Positions 37,955-50,140 of a DNA stretch of 64,000 bases are shown in pieces. How positions within the stretch are numbered: the first letter of the stretch is position 1; each line of letters starts with the position of its first letter. The position numbers and the translations under genes are program-made. Origin of the DNA: Hydrolagus colliei (lineage: Eukaryota); NCBI GenBank assembly GCA_035084275.1, contig CM068764.1:7750001-7814000 (forward strand). Direction: 5' to 3'. A model generated the notes under the pieces. That model was not told where the DNA came from and made no database searches. It saw only the letters and a program-made list of their open reading frames with translations.

Positions 37955-40361
37955 TCTTCAATACGTTCAATTTGATAACCGCAGTTATGGTTCCCTATCT
38001 CCCCCCCTCCCTTGTAAATTAACCCCCCCCTCCCGCTCAACCACCCTCTCCCCCTCCCTCCCCTCCCCTCCCTCCCGCCCCCACCAGCTCCACACACACA
38101 GTTTGGCCGGAATAGTTGAGCAGATCTGTCTCTGCGGAGATTATGAAAAGGCTGAAAGGTTTAAGTCTTCTGCTCGGAGCACTTTAACCTGAAAGGCCCT
38201 GAGCAAAACTAAACTGAGTTGTGTACCTGTCAATCAATCAATCAATCAATCGATCGATCGATCGAAACTTACATTTATATAGCGCCTTTCATGTCGAGAG
38301 GACGTCCTAAGGTGCTGATGCACACACACACACACACACACACACCCACACTCACACACACACACAAGGGAATAATGATAACTTCTCTCTGTGGTGGGTT
38401 GGTGCGGGCGATGCCTCTGAAGGCAGACTGACTGCAGGCATGAATAATAGCGACAGGTCTCGAACGGGAATGCCAGCATTTTGTGCGGTTTAATTGCCGA
38501 GGCGCGAGTCTCATTACGCTCGCTTTAATTAAGACGCAAAATAAATACAGGGAGAGAAAGGTCCCAAAGCGTCCACAGCGTTAACCTGCAGACCATCGCC
38601 TAAAATCTAAGATCGCGCAGAATGATGTCAAAGTTCCTCAACGCGGGCTACTTTCTGCGGTTTATGGCGTTCGATGCCGAGCCTCAGCGCGGCCATACCG
38701 CGCGAGAGCGTTCCACAAACGTATTCGGGGGGGGGGGGGGGAAAGCGGGTCTCACTGTGTACTACTGCACAAATTCCAAATCCAGGTTGAAACTTGAGAA
38801 TAAGTAAGAAACATTCGGCACATTTGAGATCCACCGGAACGTCCGACTCCTCGACCAGATTGGAATCCACTTTACGGTTCTACCGAATAAAGTGCTATCT
38901 GTCGCTGTCGCGCGGGACGGTAAGAAAATGCATCTGCCTCGGGTGTCGCGGACGTGTGAAGCGTTTGATACCAGGGTTCGCCCGACTGCCGTCCCTTCTG
39001 CATCCAAACCCTGGAGGCCACGAGCCAGGAAACCGACCCGAAAAAATGGCTGCCACGCCATGCCACGCCACGCGCCATTGAGCTCAGAGGGACCCGAAAT
39101 TCCATCGTAGTCCCAGCCTGCGAGATCGTTTCAACCCCGAGGCAAGACAAGAACGTCAGGCGGAAATTTGCGCCTTTCAAACGACGAAACAGGCAAACGG
39201 AGACGTCAGTTCGATTGGTAAACTTGAGGGAGGTTTTTTTTTAAGGTCGGTGGGAGAAAAAACCGTCCAATGTAAAGAGCGTTTTCGCCGAACAAAAACG
39301 GTTCGACAAAACCGTGGGGTTTTTGGAGATGTGAGGATGGATGGAATGCGGGGGGCCTCTGATGCTCCCCATTAGTCACTATTAATGTGCCTTGAGCTAG
39401 TTTCTCTTGTATTTTGTTTGACGAGACATGAATTGATGAGACATTACCAAGCATTGTTTGGCCCGCGTCTCTCCCCTGTACTGAGATGGAGGGGGTGAGG
39501 GGAGGTGGGAGGGGTGAGGGGAGGTGGGGGGAGGGGGTGAGGGTGGGTGGTGGGGGGGGGGGGGGGGTGTGTGGGGGGGGGGGGGAAACCCAGAGCGATG
39601 CCCTCCCCACCCTCACTCCCACCCCTCGCCCCCACCCCCACCGAAATCTCCTTCACCTCTTCACCGTTTCACACCCGCCCCTGCCGCCCCCACCTCCTCC
39701 ACCTCCCCCTCTCGCGGAGGAGATTGCCTGCCCGAGACTCAGAGGGGACGCAAGGAAAAACGCAACCTCTTCGCGAGAGAGAGAGAGAGAAAGAGAGAGC
39801 AAACTGTTGCAACGCCAAATCGTCAGCTTAGCCAGCAAAAACACACTCATCCCGGGATAGGGAGGGATGGGCGGGAACAGGTGGCCATTCAGCCCATCGA
39901 GCCTGTTCCCCAATTGAATGCAAACAGTGGATAGATCTTTCAATCCCATCTCACCCTTGCCTTTCCTCCATTCTTCCCAAGTATCCTTTTCAAATATCCC
40001 AATTTGATTTTGCCTGCACGGCCATGTTACATACTCTTGCTCAATCCCAATTCACCCCCCCACCCGCCCACTCACTCACCCACCCACTCACCCACCCAAC
40101 CACCTAATCGTTCAGCTGGTAAGAATTTGGGGTTACAACAGGCGAGTGCTATATTGATACAAGTGATGGCTGCTGTTATGATGGACTGAGCATGCTGTTC
40201 AGATGGGCGGTGGGGGGGGGGGGGGGGTAAGGAATGGGGGGGGTGGGGGGGTGGGGGAGTGGGGGAGAGGGTAGGGGTGGGCGATGGGGAAAGAGAAAAA
40301 ACAATGGTGGAGAATGACGAGCACACACAAAAACTCCGAGACCGGCCTTCAGAACTCCCAG

Positions 40362-40492
40362 NNNNNNNNNNNNNNNNNNNNNNNNNNNNNNNNNNNNNNN
40401 NNNNNNNNNNNNNNNNNNNNNNNNNNNNNNNNNNNNNNNNNNNNNNNNNNNNNNNNNNNNNNNNNNNNNNNNNNNNNNNNNNNNNNNNNNNN
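40362..40492. other. Assembly gap, 131 N
   Basis: Run of N. Confidence 0.99.
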
Positions 40493-40517
40493 GTTAAGAG
40501 GAAGAGACTATACATAC

Positions 40518-40755
40518 ATCCTGTGTTTTGTCTGCGGGGCGTCCGTGTCTGCCGTTCCAGGAGTCTGCCTTGTATCCATTCTGCCGGAGGGAGTCTGTTC
40601 TGCGTGCGGCCGGCGGTGGGGACTGGCTAGCGCTGGAGCTGGGGCAGCACGGCTTGCGTCCGTTGGCGTCCTTCTTGGGGTTTTGCCGGGAGCCGGCGCC
40701 GCGCCGCTTGCTCTTGCCGTGGGCGGCCCTGCGCTCCGAAGGCGGGCTGCCACAG
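40518..40755 (-). CDS. SRRM3: SRRM3 exon (CGSPPSERRAAHGKSKRRGAGSRQNPKKDANGRK...RQNGYKADSWNGRHGRPADKTQD); last clearly visible exon
   Basis: (CT)n tract + ccag|, |gtatgt donor, phase 2-0; loosely matches the SRRM3 RLSPKHRDEGRK...PPD exon. Confidence 0.8.
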
Positions 40756-40837
40756 CTGGAGAGAGAGAGAGAGAGAGAGAGAGACGAGGAGGGGGGGGGA
40801 GATAAGCCACCTGCGTTACATGGGGTCGTTGGGTAAG

Positions 40838-41105
40838 ACACTCACACACGCTCCCACTCACTGACTCACAGACACACTGACTGACTCACTGATACACTCG
40901 CTCACAGACACACTCGCTCACAGACACGCTCGCTCACAGACACGCTCACTGACTGGCTCGCTGACACACACACTCAATCACTGACTCATTGACACATGCA
41001 CCCACTGATACATTCACTCGCTGACTCACTGAGCCACTCACTCACGGACTCATTGACATACTCACTAACACACTTACTCACTCACTCACTCACACACAGG
41101 CACAC
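40838..41105. repeat. Degenerate (CACT/GACT/CACA)n low-complexity repeat
   Basis: Directly visible tetranucleotide-based array. Confidence 0.85.
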
Positions 41106-41297
41106 ACCCCCACCACCAAAAAATATATAGCCCATCCGCTTTACGGCGTGAAGCGCTTTTGCGACGTGTCGTGGACGCGTTAAGGAGCTGCGGCAAACGC
41201 AAGCATTATTATTGTGGTGACTGTTTACTCTCGTTAATCACAAGTTCTCGCTCCGTCAAGGCGCTGTCGCGTTCCGCCGCCCGCCGCCCACACTGAC

Positions 41298-41405
41298 CTG
41301 CTGAGGGACTTGGAGGTGCTGGCGACGGACGACACCGAGAGGCTGCGCGACCGACAGGAGCTCCTGCCTCGGTGCGATTTGCGCGCCGGAGATTCACTGC
41401 GCGAC
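41298..41405 (-). CDS. SRRM3: SRRM3 exon (SRSESPARKSHRGRSSCRSRSLSVSSVASTSKSLS)
   Basis: 108 nt phase 2-2, cacag| and cag|gtcagt; resembles SRRM3 TESPGRRSHRHSS. Confidence 0.88.
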
Positions 41406-41671
41406 CTGTGGGTTGGAAAGAGGCCACGGGTGAGGCACGGGCGAGGCGAGCCACGGGAATAATATCACTGGCCCGCGTCCCAACGCAAGCCTGGCCTCGG
41501 AATTAAACTAGGAAGCTACGACACGGCGATTTCAATTCGTCCGCGTCAGCGTCTACAGTCCATGTAGTTTCTACCTACCCACCCACCCTCCCCACCACAT
41601 TCCTACCCCCGCCATCCCATTACCATCTCCCCACCCCCCACCCACCCCGTTATTAACATTTTAAACTTTAC

Positions 41672-41722
41672 CTTTTCCTCTGTTTTTTCTTTTCTCTGCG
41701 TCTGCTTTTAGGTGTGGTAGAT
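41672..41722 (-). CDS. SRRM3: SRRM3 51-nt exon (STTPKSRRREKKKQRK)
   Basis: tgtag| and aag|gtaaag, phase 2-2. Confidence 0.88.
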
Positions 41723-42295
41723 CTACAGACAGAGGACAATGTTCGGAAGCATTTGTCAAATAGAGCTTTGATACGGAAGAAAGGTTTCGATAATAATAAT
41801 AATAATATATTCATAATTCTTGCATTTGATGTACAGCAGTTTTTCACGTCTTCTAAACTGTGTCTCAAAGTGTTTCACAGAATATACTGTAAAGTGAATT
41901 GACTGTATGCTTGTGGGAGAAACGCAGCAGCCAATTGCACACAACAGCGTCCCCCACGTGGATTGAAATGACCAATTTTATTATTCTAGTTTTTTTGGGA
42001 GGGTTTATCATTAGGCGTGTGGAGTAAGGAAACTTGCCCAAGGTTTGGCCCTGTTGGTTTCCACGTGAATTGGGCACCAAAATACACAATAGCTGATCAC
42101 CTTCCATGTAAACCTGGCCTTCACCAGACAACCCCCACACCCCACCCCACCCGACCCCACTCCCACCCTCCAACCTCTCACTCCAATCTCATGTCCTCCT
42201 GCCTCAGAGGTTGAGGAATTGAAAGGTGAATGACTGAACGTGTGATTATGGCAATGGTCAGTGAATAGCTATCTGTCCCCAACACATTACCGTAC

Positions 42296-42331
42296 CTGTG
42301 TCTCCTTTTTTTCCTGGAGCCGGAATTAGAC
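42296..42331 (-). CDS. SRRM3: SRRM3 36-nt exon (SNSGSRKKRRH)
   Basis: tgcag| and cag|gtacgg; matches SRRM3 SDSGSRRKRRH. Confidence 0.9.
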
Positions 42332-42450
42332 CTGCACAACAACGAGAGGCGAGTCAGACAATGTTTCGCTTGATTCCCACACAGCCTTCAACACCACAAT
42401 TCCCTACGTGAGGAGCCTTTCCGATGGAACGCTACAACGTGTATATATAT

Positions 42451-42750
42451 ATAATAATCCTTGCATTTGATATAGCGCTTTTCACATCTTATCGACGTCT
42501 CAAAGCGCTTCACGGAATAAACTGTAAAGTGAATTGACTGTATACTTGTGGGCGAAACGTGGCATCCAATCGCGCACAGCAGTGTCCCACAAACAGTCGT
42601 TGATTTACATGACCAATTTTTTTTTTTTTTTTTTTTTTTTAGGGATTATTATTAGGCATTATTAGGCATGACCTGCCAGGATTCGAACACAGGTCTCACT
42701 CACTCTTGTAAAGGCGAGTACTCTAACCACTGAGCTACAGGACTGACTCC
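42451..42750 (-). mobile_element. SINE copy in SRRM3 intron
   Basis: Head, core and tail. Confidence 0.85.
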
Positions 42751-43444
42751 ACAAGCGGCGGCATGTCACAGTTGCCAAACTCCCTGGTCACTTCGATTGG
42801 GACAATGAACCGCGTGCGACTCTGTAGCTCAGTAGTCTCCCTACCCCAAGTGCCAGGGTCTACAATTCATAGACAGCCCCTCAATCATTTCCTTTCGTGT
42901 CGACATTTACCAGAGAGAAAAATATACCGTGTTCAGCCGCCAGCTCATCGTCTTGTCTTGCCTTTCAGATTGAGGGTGAAATTGAGAAATTCCCAATCTT
43001 TAACGGGTCTCATTGGGGGCTAAGGCTTAAGTGGAATTTTGGTGCCTGAGAAGCCACATGATAAATAGAGGTTGGTGTTGAGAGGATTGGTAAAAACCAA
43101 TTGGTCATTAAACAACATGGCCTCACAGACTGTCACACAGTCCGGTCCAGCGTGATGGGAAAGAGATTGATTAACAAGGTCACGGATGACGTCCTTATTT
43201 TAGGAAATAATTATTTTAGGAATTCAAGAGCTCAGGGATTCTACCCCATGTGAGGAGGCGCTATATGAATGCAAGTTGTTGTTGTTTTTGAATGTCCTGA
43301 GTGAAGCTATCAACAAGCCACCCTCATGCTGGACATCAGACCATACAGGCATTCAATCTGGTTAGAAACTGTTCAATGAAGGTGAATCTGAAGCAACGTC
43401 CTTTCAGCCACGCCCCTGAAGGAGTGATGGTGTATGTGGGAGAG

Positions 43445-43685
43445 GATGTGTGTGTTTGTGCATGTGTGGTGTCTCTGTGGATTGTGTGTTTGTGCACATG
43501 AGTGTATGTGAGTGGATTCTGTGTGTGTGTTTGGTGTGGTGTGTCGATGAATTGTGTGCGTGTGGGGTGTGTCTGTAGATTGTGTGCGTGTGCATGTGGG
43601 GTGTGTGTGTTTGTGTAGTTAGTCTGGGGATTGTGTGTGTTTGGTGCGTGTGTTTGGGCATGTGTGCGTGGTGTGTGAAGGTGAA
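43445..43685. repeat. Degenerate (TG)n microsatellite; many other (CA)n, (GA)n and poly-G/C runs occur throughout the window
   Basis: Directly visible. Confidence 0.85.
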
Positions 43686-43780
43686 TGCGTTTGCGCTCGA
43701 TCCTTTCTCCACCCCAGGAGATCCCTGTCGCAGGGCGACGGGATGTCAGACAGACAGACAGACTGAAACGATCACTTCAC

Positions 43781-43849
43781 CTGTCTCTCTTGTGCTTCTT
43801 TCCACTCTTCTTTCTCTTCTCCTTCCGTGACGGTGATGAACTGTCACAA
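43781..43849 (-). CDS. SRRM3: SRRM3 69-nt exon (CDSSSPSRKEKRKKSGKKHKRD)
   Basis: tgtag| and cag|gtgaag; matches CGSSSPLRKKKKSVKKHRRD. Confidence 0.9.
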
Positions 43850-45133
43850 CTACAAGACAATGGAACAAACAAAACACAATCACTGACTGACTGAAGCTGT
43901 AATCGGGTGGGGGCTGGGTGACAGATGTGGGGGGGGGGGGAGGGGGGAGGGGGGGCTGGTGGGACAAATGCTTTAAATTGGTGTATATATATATATATAT
44001 ACAGTCTTTTGTTTTAAAGAAAAGAACAATTCAGATGCTGTACAACAGTTAAAGTTGAGGGTTAAAGTCGATGCTTCTGCAAAAACTGCTAAAATAAAAC
44101 ACAGTCACAGTCAACACAGCTGCCCCGACATGAAAGTCGCTATATAAATACAATTTGGTGTTAGAAACATATAAACATAGGAACAGGACTAGGCCATTCA
44201 GCCCCTCAAGCCTGTAGCATCCTCTTACAAGATCATGGCTCATCTGTACCTCAACTCCAATTAACCGCCTTTGCCCCATATCCCTTGATATTCAGACCTA
44301 AGCAATATCTATCCAAATGTCTTGTCCTTGTTTTCTGTCCTGAAATTGTCTTTCACCCCCACCCCCTTCCCCTGAACCTTGTGTTAAATATCAAGCGTGG
44401 CGTTTGCAATGTTGGGTTCAATAACAACTTGGTTCATGGAAAATAGGTCTATTGCTCAGGCAATGTGACCAATTCCTGAGGGACTGTTTTAGGAATTGTG
44501 TCAATGACTCGTGGAAGGATGAATCTAGGGCCACTTTCCTACCACGGTGTAACGCTGCAGAGCTTCATTGCGTGTCTACCCGAAATGCACGCCAACCTGT
44601 GCTCGATACTCGGCAGATTTCGGGTGAGCAGCAGGAGAAAGTGTGCGCTCCATTCCAGACACAGGGACATTTGGTCAGCCCAGATTCACCCAGACAGAAA
44701 AACACACACTGGCTGACTGCGTAGTAAATTTGCTGAAAATCCCACAAAGAGCTCTAGTAACAATAATAATATTCCTTGCATTTGATATAGCGCTTTTCAC
44801 GTCTTCTGGATATCACAAAGTAACTTCACGGAATATAAATGTGGTAGCCAATTGCGCTCAGCAGTGTCCCCACAAACAGTCGTGGATTGAAATCACAAAT
44901 TTGTTACATAGGTCTATCACCTCTTGTGTTAAATATCAATCTATCCAATATTGGTTGGATTATTATTAGGCGTGTGCGTGTATGGGGGTGGGGGGGGGAC
45001 TTGGGAGGGGGGGGGGGGGGGGGCAGTGCTACGGGGGAGTGCTGGGGGCTGGGGAGAAAGGAATGACGTAACCTGTCTTTGACCGAAACACACAGTTGTT
45101 TCTGTTCCTGTTTCTGAACCTCGTTATTCTTAC

Positions 45134-45163
45134 CTTCTCTCGTGGCCTGGCTTCCTCTTTTTG
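45134..45163 (-). CDS. SRRM3: SRRM3 30-nt exon (KKRKPGHER)
   Basis: AAG-type acceptor, aag|gtaaga donor, phase 2-2; positionally equals SRRM3 KKRRLESEC. Confidence 0.75.
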
Positions 45164-46103
45164 CTTGCGATTAACAGTGTGAGGATGCGGTGGAAAGGGA
45201 TTCAATCATTAGAAAGCATACAAAGGCATCTCCGAGTTCCTACAACCCATCATGATACGCGACCGCGACAAGCTGCCAACTGGGCAACGGGAATTTCAGA
45301 TTGTTAACCACCCACCCCACCATAAAAGGGGAGAGTTTCGGAGAAGGTTGTTTTATGACATGGAAAGAATGACAGAGGCTGGAATGGCTTCTAAAAGAGA
45401 CCTAGAGACATCTCTACACAGAAAAATCTAAAAGGGTGTGAGTGGGGTGGGTTGTGGGGGAGTGTGGTGGAGTGGGGGGGAAAGGGAAGGGCAGGGCAGG
45501 CGACTGAACAGACGTCTCTGTGTAGACACACACGGTGGGCTGTTTGGCCTCTCTCATGATGGATTTCAACCCGTGACTCCCCTATGAAGCCGTCCATCTT
45601 AATTCCCCATTCACTGCTCTTTACCATCCCCACTAACCCCCTCCCTTGGCATGTGATTCAACCCTCCCCACCCACCCAACAATCGACTGCTCTTCCAGCA
45701 CCCTCTCCCGCCCCATACGCCCCCCCCCCCCCCCCCCACCACCATACACAGCAAACCATTCCACACCCCTGCCAATAATCTTCAAAGTTCTTCTCTCCCT
45801 TCAACCCCAACCACCCCCCACCCACCACCACCTCCATACCAACCACACCACCCCACCCCCTCCTCATTCCAGTCACAAGCTCCCTATTGGAACTGATCCA
45901 GTGCTCATCTTACACTCCACACAATGACCTCTGCAAACGAGAGAGCGTTTTGAATATGACTGACGAGATTCAAAACTAGTAACTAGGTGCAGTCTGTCCC
46001 AGAACCTCACTGTATCTATGGGTGACACACACCAAATGCACGGTTTGGTGTAAAGTAAAATATCTGTTTGTCGCCAATCTGTTTGTCGCCAAGAGACACC
46101 TAC

Positions 46104-46184
46104 CGGCTTCTGTAGTGTCCAGACCTTTTCTTCTTTTTCTTTCTGGGCGGAGGAGAGGCAGAACTGCTCGATTTCCTCTTCAGA
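46104..46184 (-). CDS. SRRM3: SRRM3 81-nt exon (LKRKSSSSASPPPRKKKKKRSGHYRS)
   Basis: (CT)n tract + gacag|, |gtaggt; matches SSSSASPPPKKKKKKKGGHRRSR. Confidence 0.92.
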
Positions 46185-46211
46185 CTGTCAGCAAGGCGGA
46201 GAGATAGAGAT

Positions 46212-46259
<48 letters not shown>

Positions 46260-46627
46260 GGGGAATGGATAAATATCACCAATGTTAAAAAAAAATATCT
46301 CGCGCAAGAAACCATTAATAATGAGAATAATAATATTATTTTTCACATCTTATCGACTGTTTGTGGAGACGCTGCTGTGCGCAATTAGCTGCCGCGTTTC
46401 GTACACAAATATACAGTCAAGTCACTTTACAGTATATTCCGTAAAGCGCTTTGAGACGTCTAGAGGACATGAAAGGCGCTACACTAAATTCAAGGAGTAT
46501 CATTATATATTATTATTATCTCCACCAGAGCTACAGTCCTTGCAATAAAGCCAGTTAAATAACCTGGGTACAGAGGCTCGCATACAGCCTGCTCCATTCA
46601 GCTTTGAGCATCCAGCACGCATACACA

Positions 46628-46670
<43 letters not shown>

Positions 46671-46837
46671 CAGCTCTAAACTGACAACCCCGTGCTGATT
46701 GCCCGGCTGTAATAAATCACACGGAGAGAATGAGTCTCTTCCTTTGTTACCATGGTGACTGGGGGGGGGGGGGGGGGGGGGGGGGAAATCTGGAGATTTA
46801 CTGAGACTCGGCAAAACAACGAGAGTTACCGTCTTGT

Positions 46838-47179
46838 GAAGTCCTGCAACTCAGCGGTTAGAGCGCTCGCCTCGCAAGCGGGAGACCCGGGTTCGATTCC
46901 CGGCAGGTCAGGGGGCGAAACCAAGAGGCAGACGCCTTCCTTACTCCAGACGCCCGATAAATAATCCCTCCGAAAAATGAAACCCCGCACTACATCGGTC
47001 ATTTCAAACCACGGCCGTTTGCGGGCGCCGCCGCCGTGCGCAATTGGCTGCCGCGTTTCGCCCACAAATGCACACTCGATTCACTTTACAGCGTACTTAT
47101 TCCGTGAAGCGCTTTGAGACGTCGATAAGCTGTGAAAAGCGCTGCGTCAAATGTAAGGATTATTGCTCGTATTATTATT
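46838..47179 (+). mobile_element. SINE copy, full length
   Basis: B box ggttcgattcc, core, tail. Confidence 0.85.
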
Positions 47180-47735
47180 CTTCTGGTGAACAAGTCACCG
47201 ACCGGCAGCACAGAGAGCGGCCGTCACTCACCGTCTGTGACGGGTTTCACAACACGGCGCTCCACCCCACACCGAAGGCCTGCCGCTCGCACTCATTCCA
47301 CCCGCTGCGTTGAAAGGCCAGCGACACAGGCTGTCGCTGAGGAAGCCCATTCCGCAGATAAGAGTGCCACGCCGAGAGATGCCATTTGGTTAATGAAGCA
47401 AGACAGATTGAATCACAGAAATTACAGCACAGAGGGAGGCCCATTCAACCTCCCAGTCCATGCTGTCGCTGATTGGCTCCACCAACCCCCACCTCACCTC
47501 CCCCCCCCACCACCCCGACTGGAAACCACCCACGTTCGACACACAAGATTTCCCCTGCTTGTTTCCCTGCTGCCCTTTCACATTGATCAACCCACGCGTG
47601 TTGTTAGGAGCGTGTTGTTGGCTGTTGTTGGGTCGCGATATCCATGTAGTTGGCCCTGAATTCCATAACATTGGAACGCAACTCAATCTCCTTATCATCA
47701 AACTCCCCGCACTGCGGGGTGAAACCTCCGTGATA

Positions 47736-48326
47736 AAACAACAACAACAACAAATTACACCTGTAAAGCGCCTTTCACATCGGGAGGACATCCCAAGGCG
47801 CTGCACAGGAGGCGTGTGACCCGAGCTGGGAGGGGAGTGTACGGGAAGGGGTGAAACAAGTAGGGGAGGTCGAAGAATTCAGGGTGGAACAAAAGGCACG
47901 GTCGAAGAGGAAAGTCTTCAAACCGGCCTTGAAAGAGGAAAGGGAAGAAACGAGACGGAGGGATTGGGGGATGGAATTCCATAGGGTCGGAGCAGAAAAA
48001 CGGAATGCCCGGCCCTCGATGGTGGGGCGGTTGGGGCGGGGGGCTTGGAGCAGGCCAAGTGCTGCTGAACGGAGGGTCTAGGTGGGGGAGAGTAAATTGG
48101 TTAAATAGGGCGGGGCAAGGCCATGTAAGGCCTTGAAGGTGAGGACGAGGATCTTGAACTCGATCCTCTGGAGGATGGGGAGCCAGTGGAGACGGGCGAG
48201 GGTGGGGGTTATGTGGTCGCGGAGGCAGGTGCGGGATAATACATGGGCTGCAGAGTTTTGGATGACCTGCAGCCTGGGAATGGAGGAACTGGGGAGGCCG
48301 ACGAGGAGAGAGTTTCCGTAGTCCAA
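47736..48326 (-). mobile_element. L2-type LINE 3' fragment
   Basis: DYGNSLLVGLP...LQVIQNSAAHVL...DHITPTLARLHWLPI..RIEFKILVLTFKALHGLAPPYL, followed by 3' UTR and (TTG)n tail. Confidence 0.92.
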
Positions 48327-48856
48327 CGTTTATTACGCAAAACGATAAGTCTCTGGCTTTTGAGACACGCATGGTAAAATCATAGGGTCACAGCGCAGAG
48401 GTAGGCCATTTGGCACCTTGCGCTCTCTCCCCCCACTGGAATTCTTTCCTCAACTATTTATCCAAAGTGCATCACCAAATACAACCTTCATTTGCACGGT
48501 GCCTTTCAGATCGTGAGGAAGTCGCAAGGCGCTGGACAGACAGGTGTGGAGGGTAGAGGCGTAGAGGTAGGAGGGTGACCGAAGGCAAGGTCGAAGAAGA
48601 GGAGGGTCTTGAGACGTGCCTTGAATGAGGCAAGGGAGGGAGCAAGTCAAATGGACTGTAGGATTGAGTTCCAAAGATTGGGGGGCCGAGAGGCTGAAGG
48701 CCCAAATTGCCGATGCTGGGGCAGATTTAGTATTTTGTGGGCAAAACACAGACGGCAGCCAGATTGCTCACAGCAACATCCCACAAACAGCCGTGGAGTG
48801 AGTGAGCCATGGAGTGAGTGACCAATTTTATTTGGGGGATTATCAGCCAGGCCACC

Positions 48857-48891
<35 letters not shown>

Positions 48892-49983
48892 CGAGACTTT
48901 AAGATGCCATGAGATCCTTAAAGTCCACCTGAACAGGCAGGCCAGACGCGAGTCTAAAGGAGGGCGTGTCTGCCGGCGGAGAACAACACCCCCTTGACAA
49001 TAACGTACCCCGACCGAAGCCTCGGACGAGGGGGCAGCGTCAGTGAGTGTCAGTGCCGTGCGCTCTCGTGTTGAGTCCGATGTCATTTGAAGGACATCAC
49101 TGGAGCAGAGCAGAGCTGGGCTGGGCTCGTTTCCAAGTTGCCAATCGCGTCAGGAAGCCTGCAGTGCACGGCAGGAGAAGCCACAGCAGGACTTTGATCG
49201 AATTAAAAATCATTCCGTGTGCGGCTCCGATGTTTCATTCGACCCTCTCGACGTGACAGTCCTGCGCTACGACTCAACGCCTGTATTCCCGCCGCGGACA
49301 ACGCCGCAGTCAGCTAACCTACCCCGGTGCCAGCCAAGCTCCGTATTAAACAGGGAGCGCAATTAAAATCCTCGCTCCGGGTTCCCGCCGCACCACGTCA
49401 CCCGCCTGACAGTAATTACTGTGCAGCTCTTCGAAGCATTTCAACGTGACAAAAATACCATTTCTCTTTTTTTTGTGCTATCTTCTGTTCACTCTCTCCT
49501 ACCCTCCCCGCCCCCAAATCCCCACGTCCCTTTCTCCCTGCCTTCGAAGGATTTCTTCGGATCCACCTGCCCTGATCCACAGTGTTTTTGATCACCCACC
49601 TCCTACCCTTGTCCTGTTGTTTCCACCTTGGCTGAGCGCTCCATGCTGTTGGGATGCTCTCAGACATATCCTATGTGAAAGGCTCGATACTGTTTGATTC
49701 TCTCCCTCTCTCTGGGTCTCACTCTCTGAGTCCCGCTTCTCTCGATCTCACTCTCTCCCTCTTTCGCTCTTTCTCTCTCGCACGCACACTCTTTTCCTGT
49801 GACTCTTCTCTCACAGTGATCGACGGTCACATGAGGTTAAACTTTATTTGGTAGGTTTTAGCCATGCTGATATCACAGAGAGGAAGAAGAAAGGAGAGGT
49901 CAGAAATCTGGAGTGGCAAGACAGAGAGCCAGCTCCGATTTGACCCAGGTAGCCAGACACGGTATGTTCCCTCCCCTGCCAAC

Positions 49984-50140
49984 CTATCCACTACTCCTGC
50001 CTCCTCATCCTTTTTGACTAGTGCCAGCCGAGCACTGTGCTTCAGTGGAGAAGCACGGCCATCTGTGGCCACTTTCTCCCTGTCCCTTGTATCCATTCTT
50101 GTTCTCATTAACATCTGCCATCTCCCGGGTCTTGTGAACA
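49984..50140 (-). CDS. SRRM3: Probable SRRM3 exon following cwf21 (VHKTREMADVNENKN...); 3' boundary uncertain, frame disrupted as assembled
   Basis: Strong pyrimidine tract + cacag|; start resembles SRRM2-family VTETHQLAELNEKKN; in-frame TGA at 50005-50007 precedes the best donor. Confidence 0.55.

Noticed and set aside
41712-41783. Apparent + strand phase 1-1 exon (VVDLQTEDNVRKHLSNRALIRKK) continuing SSC4D
   Set aside because: Its 'pyrimidine tract' is just the antisense of the Lys-rich SRRM3 exon 41672-41722, and the donor gtttcg is weak
49494-49670. Additional - strand exon candidate in the SRRM3 linker region
   Set aside because: Only the phase-0 frame is open, it is not compatible with flanking phases and shows no family similarity
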